DNA of 64,000 nucleotides. It comes from the human T2T-CHM13v2.0 reference genome, Homo sapiens. A program made the translations under genes and the position numbers. Of the stretch, positions 50,471-64,000 are shown in pieces (the stretch's first letter is position 1; each line of letters begins with the position of its first letter). The notes beneath the pieces are model-generated. The model did not search any database. It was not told the origin of the DNA and was given only the letters and a program-made list of their open reading frames with translations. The DNA lies in the NCBI RefSeq assembly GCF_009914755.1, contig NC_060941.1. One strand, 5' to 3'.

Positions 50471-52066
50471 TTAGGGGCTTGGGCTATGAATCCCTAAGTA
50501 TGAACATATCTGCAGACGCCCCCTCCCGCTCTGCCGCAGGCTCCCGAAGGAGGTCTGGACAGAGGGGAGGAGGGCCAAGGGTTGGTGGGTTTTGAGGGTC
50601 AAATAGCAAGCACTTGGGTCCGGCCAGGTCCAGGATGAAATGCCAGATTTTCCATCTGCCGTCTGCATGGACAGATCCTGCAGTTTCCCAAACCTCCAAC
50701 TCCTCACCAGTGAAATGGAGCCAGTAATTCCCACCCAGCAGGAGGGTGAGGGAGAAAATGCACGGAGGAGCCTGGGTCTGCAGGCAGGTGTGGAGGGCAG
50801 GTGCCTGGCTGGTCTGGTGGCCGTCCTTTGATTACTTTTCAGAAGCAGCCGGAAAATAAGGCTCAAGTGCCCAGAATAGAAAGCCAGGCCGTCCAAACAT
50901 AGGTTTAAAAAATATAACCGGGAAAAATCAACTTCCTTATGTTCACACTCGACCTCAGGTGTATTCATGGGGAAACGGCGAGAGGTCTGGAGGATGTTTG
51001 CAGCTGCTGTGGGTGGTGGTGGGCAGGAAGCCCTCCCCACCACCGCTCTGCCTGTGCGCCCGATCTGCCCGCCGTGGGGCCCAGACACACTTCCTCCTCT
51101 CCCTCTGCGCTCTGCTCCGAGGGCAATTTGGCATCTGCCGCCTTCAATTAACATTGCAGACTGGAAGTGGGGGCCTAGGGGAAGGAGGTGGGCCGCAGCG
51201 GAGAAAAACAAGCCCACTGTGTTGACAGCTGGGCACACCACCTGCTCCAGTGTGGCAGGGAAGTTGAGGACCGCAAAGCCAGGAGGGGGTGAGGGAAGGC
51301 TGTTGCACACACTGGGCCTCTGTGCCCCCCTCACCGGTTGCACCCCCAGATGCAGGCTCTGTCCCAGTCCCTGTGCCAGGACTGGCTTGAACAGACCCCT
51401 CAGCCCTCTGATGGGAGGAGGGAAGGCAGGATGCACCGAGGTGGGAGTGTTTCTCCAGCCCTCTCTCTGCCAGGCTGAGTCTTGCTGGTTTCCCTTGATG
51501 GTGCACACCAAGGGATCCTTCACTGAACTCCCTGCAGTTACCGTGGCAGGCAGGCTTTTTCCTGCTGCAACACTGGCTGCTACCCCAGATAGTGCCTCGG
51601 TGGGTGACTGCGTAAGGAGAGCAGCTACCTCCGGCCCTACTGCCAGGTTCAGCTGGGTGGCACTGGGCCTGCCTCTCATCAGGCACAGTCTTTGAGGACA
51701 GTGACCAATGACTAACCTCAACAATGACACTGGGGCCAGGGCTGATGTCTGTGTCTGGTACCTTATGTATGTGGGCTTATTTTTCCAACAACCTGAGAAG
51801 TGGGCACTGTCATCCCATTTTCTAGATGAAGAAACTGAAGGTCTGAGAGGCTGCAGAACTTGTCCAGGGTCTGGAAGATAAGAAACTTCAAAGCCAGGCC
51901 GGGGCCTGCATCTCAATCTCCTAATCCCAGCACCTTCTGGTTGTTGCCCAAGCTGCCCCTGGGGAAGTCCAGAGTTAAACGCAGTGAAGGCAGAGTCATG
52001 GACCATGCGTCCAGGGACCTGGGCAGTGCCATAGTTTGAATACATCCCCCAGAGTTCATGCGCCAT
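50471..52066 (-). other. 531-codon ORF of unknown status, no recognisable domain
   Basis: ORF track. The ATG lies in an MST LTR and the frame reads through a MIR and unique DNA. Confidence 0.2.
51750..51940 (-). mobile_element. MIR
   Basis: CCCATTTTCTAGATGAAGAAACTGAAGG core. Confidence 0.8.
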
Positions 52067-52448
52067 CCCCAGAGCAGCAATACTGAAAGGTGGAGTCTTT
52101 AAGAGGTGATTGCCCTCTTGAATGTATTAATCCATTCATCAATTCATCATCAATCCAATTCAACAATTAATGGATTAATGGGTTATCACAGGAGGAGAGC
52201 TGGCAGCTTTATAAGGAGAGGAAGAGAGACCTGAGCTGGCGGGTGGGCACGCTCAGCCCCCTCGCCATGTGATGCCCTGTGTAGCCTTGGGACTCCACAG
52301 AGTCCCCACCAGCAAGAAGGCCCTCACCAGATGTGCCCCCTGACTTGGGATGTCTCAGTCTCCAGAGTTATAAGAAGTAAATTTCATTTTGTGTAAATTA
52401 CCCAGTTTCAGGTATTCTGTTGCAAGCAACAGAAAATGGACTAAGCCC
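52027..52448 (+). mobile_element. MST (MSTD-like) MaLR solo LTR
   Basis: TGCCATAGTTTGAAT...GCAACAGAAAATGGACTAAG, near-TSD GGCAG/AGCAG. Confidence 0.85.
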
Positions 52449-54234
52449 AGCAGTGAGATGCTGTTGGCATCACAGGACTCTGTCATGAGCATCCACAAGC
52501 AGCCTAGGCTTTTCAAGCCTCAGTTTCCCAGCTAGAAGATGGGTCAGACAGAGCCCCTCATGGGGCTGTTGCAAGGATAACATGGAGACAATGGGTGCAG
52601 GGTGAGTGCCTGGGATGTAGGGAAGGGTTCCATAAAGGATCAACCTCTTGCTTCCGCCGCCTCCTTTTTTTCAGGATCCATGAGACTCTGGACACAAAAC
52701 GGCTTTGGGACTCAGTTAGCAGCATCCAGGGAATGGGAAGCATTGTAGGGATTCTGTCCAAGTCACTGAGTCAGAGGTGGTGGAAAATTAAGCCCCAATA
52801 GGGCACTGTTTTATCCCGCATGTGCATGTGGGGAAGCAAATCAGGACCCAGGAGATCTGGATTCTGGAAAGATAAGACAAGGCGCTGGAGGAGGTGCCAG
52901 TCTACTTCAGAGTGGCCCCAAGAGGCACTGTTGGGCTCCCTCAGACAGAGCCAGTTCCATTTAACCCACCCCCTGACCTAGTTTGGTGTCTCTATGAGAG
53001 ACACTCTGCAGAGTGCAAATTGCTCTGAACCAACTTCAGCTGGGCCAAGTCAAATGGGAATGAGATGCACATGGAGGGCCTTCCCCATGTGTGTCCACAC
53101 ATACAGGTGGGAGAGCATGTACAACCCATGCACCCCACCTCCAGGCCCATCTTCTGGGCAAGGCATCCCCTCCCTGGGCTGCTTCCTCATTGAGTGAAGT
53201 GCTTGGATGGAAACTGAGTTGCTTGCATCCTTTCCCCCCAGAGCTGTCTCTTCAAACAATCTCCCATGGAATCTCAGCATAAAGAGAAAGTGGGAGCACA
53301 GATGGGGCGTGTGGGGCCCTGGCCTCCTTCACAGGCCAACTGGGACCCCACAGAGTGCAGCTGAGCCCCAGCAGAGGTAGATTTCCTGGGCCCCTTCCGG
53401 GCCTGGTGCTGTCTGATGGGTACCTACCTGTCCTGGTGATGTCACCCCAGTGCTGTCACCAGAGGTTTTGTGTCCAGCCCTGGCTCAGAGCTCAACCTAT
53501 CCTGCATGCGTCTGGTGACCTTTGGCATCCGCAGGGACACGCTGTGCTGAGGCTGGGCTGGAGGGAGGATTACACGGCTCTTACGCTGTTGCCAAACACA
53601 TCTTGGAGAAGAAGAGAGAAAGAGCAAAATAAACAGAGCCATGTTCACCTCCCTGGTGCCCGATGAAGAAAGCCTTTCCTGAAATAGCTTGGCCACAGAT
53701 CCTTGTGGAAAATCCCAAAGTTGAGAGAGGGATGCACCCTCCTGTCTCCTGTAGAGAGTAGAGTGCCCCCCATCTTCCATCCCCCCCAGATCTCTGGGCA
53801 CTTAGGGAAATAACCTGTTTAGAAGTAGTTCTATTTTTCTAGCAATTGGGAGGGTCTTGTGTATAGAAGAAAGTGCAAGAAAATTAAGTCATCTGGACAT
53901 ATTGTCGAAAAAATCATGAAGGACATGGGGAATCATCTCCACCCCTTTCTTCTTGCATGATTTTGGGCGATGTCACTTTAGCCACTGAGACTTGACCTGT
54001 GTGATCCGGTCCATGGGGTCCTACAAATATCTATTAGGCTCCAACCACCGCATCTGGCTCATGGAGGAATCAGAACATTTCCTTTCTTCCTCCCGTAGGT
54101 TGCATCACAAGCAAGGGGCTAAGTGAGCCTCAGTTTCTGCATCTGTAAATGCGGGTGTGTGCTTCATGACCAAGGCCTCCAACAGCTAATATGACCCCAG
54201 TGTCACCCTGGGTGCTGTGGGCCACTGTGTGCAC

Positions 54235-54605
54235 AGGAAGAAACAGACTGGGAGGGACTAAACAGGGAGGAGAAGAGATGTAAGACATATGGGGAGATAG
54301 GGAAAGGAATAGAGAGGGCCAGGGAGAGACAGACACACAGTGAAATATGGTGGAAGACAGACTGGGAAAGACAAGGAGAGAGACAGGGGCCCACCAGAGA
54401 TTAGAGAGAGACACAGAGATAGAAAGAGACCAGAGAAATGGCAGTTACAGAGAGAGATGAGGAGAGACCAGGGAGACACAAAGACAGGGACAGACACAAA
54501 GACCAGAAGAGGCAGGAGAGAGAGGAAAGAGACACACAGAGAAACAGGGAGACACAGAGGCAGATACAAAGAAACGCAAAGAGATACACCGGGAGAAACA
54601 CGCAT
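54235..54605. repeat. GA-rich low-complexity (AGAGAC)n-like tract
   Basis: Direct reading. Confidence 0.8.
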
Positions 54606-54869
54606 TTACACAAAGCAACTGTTGTCCTGGTTTCAGGTTTGTGGGTCCAGGCTCCAGTGAGGTACGACTACGCCTGTACCCTCAGCTTCCAAGAACTTCC
54701 CCCTTGTGCCCCTGAGTTGTCTGGAGTGGATTTCTGTTTCTTATAATCCAAGCATCCGGAGTCAGATGACCCCCTCTTCCAGCACCAGCAGACTACCTTG
54801 GCCCACTTTGAGCCTGGCCTCTTCTGCTCACACATCCCTCCTGCCCAAACATCCTGGGCATTTTTTTGT

Positions 54870-56280
<1,411 letters not shown>

Positions 56281-56313
56281 CCCACATCTTCTCCACAGTC
56301 CCCTCTTTTTTGA

Positions 56314-56709
<396 letters not shown>

Positions 56710-57464
56710 CAACTCCTCCTTCTTCCTCCAGGGTACTCTTCCTCCCTCCCGGTGGCCACTTCCTCTTTGCTTCCTCCTCCAATGTGTAGACCTACCTCCT
56801 CCATGCAGCCTCCTCCCCTCCCGCCAGCCCTGGTCATGCCTGCTCTTCCTCCTGACCTATCATGGCTCCGGCTGCTTGCCTGGCTGGTCCCAGTTCAACG
56901 GCACCTGTCACCCACCTCATGGGTCTGTGGCTATCTCCAAGGGCTGCTTCTGAGGCCCCTGAGCTGACCGCTGGGCTTCCCCTCAAACCTTGGGGACAGG
57001 CTGCTGCCCTCCTAGCCTGAGATGTCACCTCCAGGAAAGCATGGCTGAAAACCATGTAGCAACATCACTCATAGGTGCACACCACTGTGGTAGGCAGGAA
57101 CTGAGAGGTGGCCGGGGCTGCAGCTCATGGATGGAGGTTGCCAGACAGTGGTGGTGTCGGCTTAGAGGTGAGCCTGCTGGCAAGAGCTCCCGGCCACACG
57201 GAGATTGAAACGACTTCAGAGCTCTCTTCACTCCTCCCTTCCTCTCTGGTCTCCATGCCAGTGTGGCTAAGGACCATTTCTTGTGCCTGAAGGACATTAG
57301 TCAAACTTGTTTTAGTTTGTTCACTCATTCATTCACCATTCATTCATTCGACAGGTACTGAAGCATCTACTATGTGTCACAGCTATTCTAGTTGGAGGCA
57401 CAGCCATGAACAAAACAGGCAGAAATTGCTGCCAGTTCTAATAGGGAGAGACAAACAAAATAAA

Positions 57465-57502
<38 letters not shown>

Positions 57503-57520
57503 ATGCGCACGCATGTGCAT
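57465..57520. repeat. (TG)n and purine-pyrimidine alternation
   Basis: Direct reading. Confidence 0.9.
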
Positions 57521-58330
57521 GCAGTGAGAGCTATTCCAGGCTTGTGATGTTGAGGGTCTACATTTTTGGTCAAAAGAGCATTCACAGCTTTCTCTCAGGG
57601 GCAATGGATCCAGCTGCTTGCTGAGGTTAAGTCAGCAGCAACTTAACACGGCTTTATTCAGCATGACGATTCTTCACTTGGGTCTGAGCAGCCCCGTGAC
57701 ACATTTTCATTTTCTCCCCTTTCAGCCCCTTTGAATGGAAGTGCTTAGAAACCTGGCATGTCAGAAATACAGGAGGGGCCTTCAAGGACATCCAGCTGAG
57801 TGGTTCTCAAACCAGGGCCCTAGGAACCCCCTGGGTCCTTGGGTGGGCGCAGGGGGAGCACTGTGAAGGGAGAGTAACCACTCCTCAGCTTCCCTTCTAC
57901 CAGAGAAACTCCTTTTCACAAACGGGGCTTCTGTTCGGGATTTTATTTGGAGAAAGGGATTCTGGTGCTAAAAAACAAAGTTGGGTAACCCCTCATTTTA
58001 CTCTTGTGAGGTAAGGTGGCATCCGGGTAAGAGTCCAGACCTGGCATCAGGCTGCCTGCGCTGGATCTTGGCTCTGCAACTTCCAACTTATTTAGCTCTC
58101 CAGATCTCAGCTTCCTCATTTGTAAAACGGGTTTGTAGCAATGACTGCTTCAACAGGGCTTTGGTGAGGGCTGGATAGCGTAACCTGTAGCAGATGCTTA
58201 CCAAGTCCTGATAAGTAGGCACTAAATCACTCCTATTTACAAATTTTAAATAAAAAAAGAGAAAGAAGTGATACCTGTTCTTAAGAACACTCAAACACAA
58301 GAGAATCCAAAAACCATTTTAGAAAATTTC

Positions 58331-59680
<1,350 letters not shown>

Positions 59681-60449
59681 GTTTTTGAATGAGGAAGCTG
59701 AGGTCCAGAGAGGTGTGGAGGTTTATCCAAGTTTGTAAACTCCAGTTCTCCCCACTGTTCCTCTTGCCATCTGTCGTGTTGGTGGCTCAGTCTCCATTCA
59801 TTTCTCTTTTAATAAAATAGTACCTGTCCGGGGTTGGATTCCCCCACAGACAGACGCCGAGTCAAAGGTTCAAATTCTCCTGGAGGAGAAATCTCGTTAG
59901 AGAATGAAGGAAGCAGAACCAGGAGGGGGAAGAAGCTCTGGATGAGATTTTAGGGAAAGTCCTAGCTCAAGCCTGAACCTGGGCCAGCTCTCAGGTATGA
60001 ATTCCACCTCGCCTGTCCTGCGTGGAGGCAAGGAAGCAGAGCGGTCCTGCTTCCTCACAGCTCAGGCTGGCACAGGAGGCCCCAGGGAGTGCAGAACAGG
60101 AACCTAGGCTCTGTGGGAGGGTCTTCTCTGAGGTGACCAGGGGCTCAGGAGTGAGGCACTAAAGTGCATAGTAGCTGGGCACAAGGACATGTTAAAAAGC
60201 GATGTGAGGAAGTCTGGGAAGGACACCAACATTGTCCTCTACTGTACCCCCATTTTCTTTGGGGATCCACTCCTCCCTTACCCCAGCCCAGCCTTTTGGG
60301 TTTCAGTGGAGCCTCAAGAGAGAGCCCTGCCTGGCTCAAGCAATTAGAACATTCTATCCCTCTGGCCATGACTGATTTAGGGTTGGATCCACAACACAAT
60401 CTGTGCCAGTGGAAGTCAACCCAGCAACTGTCTGGGGAGAGCGGTACTT

Positions 60450-60835
60450 GGTTCATTTTTCACTGCTGTATAGCACTCCACTGTGTGACTAAGTCTGGCT
60501 TTATGTACCCCCTCACCTGCTGGTAAACATTTGGGTGATTTCCGGTCTTTCCAGCTACGGAAAGTGCTGCTGAGAATTGCTAAGAACATTCTCGTATGCA
60601 TTGCCCAAAGCATGTGTACACCTGGGAATGAAATTGAATGCAACATTCAACTTGGCAAGACAATGCTCCATTGTTCCCCAAAGTGCTTATAACAATTGAC
60701 ACATCCACCAACTGTGGGTGAGCTGTTTGGAGTTTTCGCCAAACCACGATAATGTCAGATTTCTTACCTTTTGCCAATTTACTGGGTGTAAGAAGATAGC
60801 TCACCCTGGTCTTCATTTGCATTTTCCTGATTAAT
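60450..60835 (-). mobile_element. L1ME fragment
   Basis: TTCATTTTTCACTGCTGTATAGCACTCCA and TTCATTTGCATTTTCCTGATTA. Confidence 0.7.
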
Positions 60836-62269
60836 ATGTATATTCACCACTCACCACTCAGGTTTCCTGCAAAGTTATTTCTTCCCGATTCCTCTCCCAC
60901 TGTCCTTTCTCACATAGAAGTCAGCCACTCTTCTTTGTTTAAGCTCTTCCTTCTGTCTGGAAATGCCCCAAGGAAACTTTCCGCCCACGCTTCCACACCT
61001 GGTCCTGATGGTACCTCCTCCAGGAAGCCTCCTTTGATTCCCCTGTAAGGGGCAACTCCTCCTCACGGTCCCCGAGGACCAGCACTGCGAGATCCCTGAG
61101 GACTGAGTCCTAAGTGTGTTTCCTCTCTCTCCTTCCTACCCCAGCCAGGCTGATCAGGTGACTCCTCAAAGAACAGGCTCAAAATGGTTTCTGTTTCCCT
61201 CCCTCCTACTTTGGGTTTACCCCATGCTCGTGACAACAGGACGGGCACAATTATGGATTACAATGTCAATGTGAACCAATAACCCAAAACATTGCCCCCA
61301 CCCTCATCCCCACAGTGACTTGCCAGAGAAATCCGGGCAGGGCGTTTCACCCCTGCCACCTCCAAAGGAAAGCCGGTGGGCACTCTGCTCACATTTTCTG
61401 TGCCTGTCGTAGAGAAGGATGAGCATGCCCATCCATCAGCTTGTCCTGGGAACACCCCAGTAGCGGGAGCGCCTCAGCTTTTCGTCCCTGCTCATCTCCA
61501 CCCTCCCAAGCTCACCCACAGCCTTAGAAACGGGCGACCGTTCCCTGGCTCTGACTCAGTGTGTGGTGTTTATCTGCCTGCGAAAAACCAGAAATTATAA
61601 AAACTCAGAGAAGGCTTCACCTCTGCCAAAAAAGATGATTCCACCTCGAGACACAGCTCTCCCTGGGGCTGTGGGGTTGGCAGCTGCTGTGTTCCCGAGG
61701 TTTCAATGAAACTGAATGCCCCAAAACAATGCATGCTGATTTGCAAACCTCAGATGGAACCAAAATTTTCATTTCCCCACCATGCACTACAAAACAAAAC
61801 AGAGATTTTGGCTCGGATTTTTGGCTCAGCTCCCAAACAGCCCAGTGTGAACCAGAACCCAGGCGTCCCCACGGGGTCTGTGTGTCGGGCTCTGCTTCTC
61901 CCTCCGCTCTTCTGTCTCCAGGTCCTGCAGACTGTGGAGGGGACAGGCCATAGGAAAGGATTAAGTCTCCTCATCTACCACTTTATTGTTGATCTAGAAC
62001 TTTCTAGACCTTGAGGATTTTGACAAAATGTGAATCTCCAATTATTTTGTGCAGCAGACATTTCAGAGGCAGAATGGTGGGAGGCTGTTGAATGGAGGGT
62101 GCACTGGATACTTTAGGCAAATTACTCGATTGAGCATAGCCTGTTTCTCCTTTGTAAAGTAGAGAAGACAGTGCGTACTTTCTCCATTTCACTGTTTTCT
62201 TCTGTGGATCAAAATGAGACAGCATTAAAGCACTCTGTGGTAGGGGTTGTTCCCAGTCTTAAGACTTCT

Positions 62270-62970
62270 TGGATCATGAAACATGACACAACATGGATGA
62301 AACTTGAAAATATGAAGCTAAGTGAAAGAAGCCAGGCACAAAAGACCACACGTTGCATGATTCCATTTATATGAAATGTCCAGAATAAACAAATTCATAG
62401 AGACAGAAAGTAGATTAGTGTTTGCCAGGGGCTGGTGAGAGTGTGGTTAGGGGGGATTGGTGAGTGACAGTTCATGGGTATAGTGTTTCTTTCTGGAGTT
62501 GATGAAAATATTCTGAAAGTAGACAGCGGTGCTATATATAGTGGGGATAGGAGTGAATATACTAGAAACCATTGAATGGTACACCTTATTTTTGTTTCAT
62601 TTATCATTATTATTTTTTTGAGGCAGGGTCTCCCCTTTATCACCCAGGCTGGAGTGCAGTAGCATGATCATGGCCCACTGCAGCCTCAAACTCTTAGCTC
62701 AGGTGATCCTTCCACTTCAGCCTCCCAAGCAGCTGGGATCACGGGCATGCACCACTATACTCAGCTAATTTTTAAGTTATTTGTAGAGATGGAGTCTCCT
62801 TATGTTGCACAGGCTGGTCTTGAACTCCTGAACTCAAGTGTTCCTTGTGCCTCAGCCTCCCAAAGTGCTGGGATTACAGGTTTGAGCCACTGCACCTGGC
62901 CAATGGTACACTTTAAATCAGTGAATTGTATGGACTGTGAATTATATGTCAATAAAGCTGTTATAAAGAA
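62270..62970 (+). mobile_element. L1MB 3' end with nested AluJ (62588-62900, -)
   Basis: ATGATTCCATTTATATGAAATGTCCAGAATA...CAATAAAGCTGTTA. Alu TSD AATGGTACAC. Confidence 0.88.
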
Positions 62971-63029
62971 GAAAAGAGCATATGCTCAGATCACTAGATA
63001 TTTTGAGTTTTCAAGAGAAGCAGTGTTTC

Positions 63030-63490
63030 AGGATTAGGTTAGCTACCTATAACAGTAACTTCACCATTACAGTGGCTTAAGTAAGAAAGAAGTGCATTTT
63101 TACTTATGGAGAAGTCAGGAGGTAGGTAGTTCAGGGCTGGTTTTGTGGCTTCTTAGAGTCTACAGGGACTTAGGTTCTTCTCTCTCCTGTGCCATTCTCA
63201 GCCAGTGGCTTCCACTGTCAAGGCCAATTCAGAGTTCAAAATGGCCACTTGTTTTTATCCAGGCAGCAGGAAGAAGAAAGGAGGAAAGAATGAAAGCCAC
63301 CCCCTAACCCTTGCGCCACCTTCTTCTTTCATCTCATTGGCCAAAACTGAGTCACATGGTCTCACTTTGCCACAAGGGAGGCTGGGAAATGTAGTCTTTT
63401 AGTTGGGCACATTGCTGCGCTGTCTAAAAATCAGGATTTGTAATTAAAGAAGCAGGGAAAACATCAGCTTGGTAAACATCAGCATCTGCC
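63030..63490 (-). mobile_element. MLT1 (J/K-like) LTR
   Basis: CATTGGCCAAAACTGAGTCACATGG...GGAGGCTGGGAAATGTAGTCTTT. Confidence 0.75.
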
Positions 63491-64000
63491 ACTGCTTTTA
63501 GGTGAAATTCTGGTTGGTAATTTGACCCCCCCTTTTTAAAAATACCTTGCAGAACAAACTGAACACACCTGCAGTCTGGACTCACTGCAGGTAGGCCTGC
63601 TGGATTGGCTGTGGCTCTGTGGGGAGATGGGAGTGGGAAACCTTGTCCACTATGGCTTTGCAGATGTCAGTGGTTTGAAAGCAGCTATAGTTAAAATAAG
63701 GACAGTGCTGAGTCACTGTGAGGTGGTGGAGAGAGAGAACACACAAGTGCTTGGCAAACACAGAGAGCACAAACACACGAAGTCACAGTGTGGCTCTGCC
63801 ACCGCATGGTTCAGACAAAAGCTCTGGGCTCTGCACAAAGGCTCCACAGCATCCAGGCTGCTGGGCAGACAGGAAGGGGCACAGCAATCTGAGTCATGGC
63901 GCCCTTCCTGTTGTGTTCTGCGTTTGCATTTTCTTTGAATATAAACCAAAAGCATTACAAACTATAGATGTAATTTGGACATGAAGGAACAAGGACAAAA

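Noticed and set aside
54130-54746. Arg/Glu-rich and Leu/Ser-rich ORFs
   Set aside because: Low-complexity GA tract.

Overview
Primate, almost certainly human, gene-poor and Alu-dense sequence with no recognisable spliced protein-coding exons. The one clear gene-derived feature is a young, full-length processed retrocopy of ribosomal protein RPL13 on the minus strand (30405-31143). It has an intact 211-codon ORF, the 5'TOP leader, a poly(A) tail and a TSD, and it sits inside an old L1. From memory it resembles RPL13P12 at 17p11.2, which I could not verify. The rest is interspersed repeats: about 30 Alus, L1/L2/MIR fragments, a near-full-length Tigger1, a hAT transposase fossil, MER53, MER5, and LTRs of the LTR12, MER4, MER41, MER34, MST and MLT families. 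Three things are not explained by these calls. (i) Three separate locally templated insertions or duplications, each interrupting an older transposon: a ~315-bp inverted duplication with a second inverted patch at 6870-8329, a 110-bp direct copy inside MER41 at 18482, and an inverted MIR copy inside an L1MB at ~49446. (ii) A 531-codon ATG-initiated ORF (50471-52066, minus) built from an MST LTR, a MIR and unique sequence. (iii) Several motif clusters and a convergent pair of CTCF-like sites. I found no clearly new biological system. Repeat family calls are from recalled consensus sequences, boundaries are approximate, and identity counts are manual.
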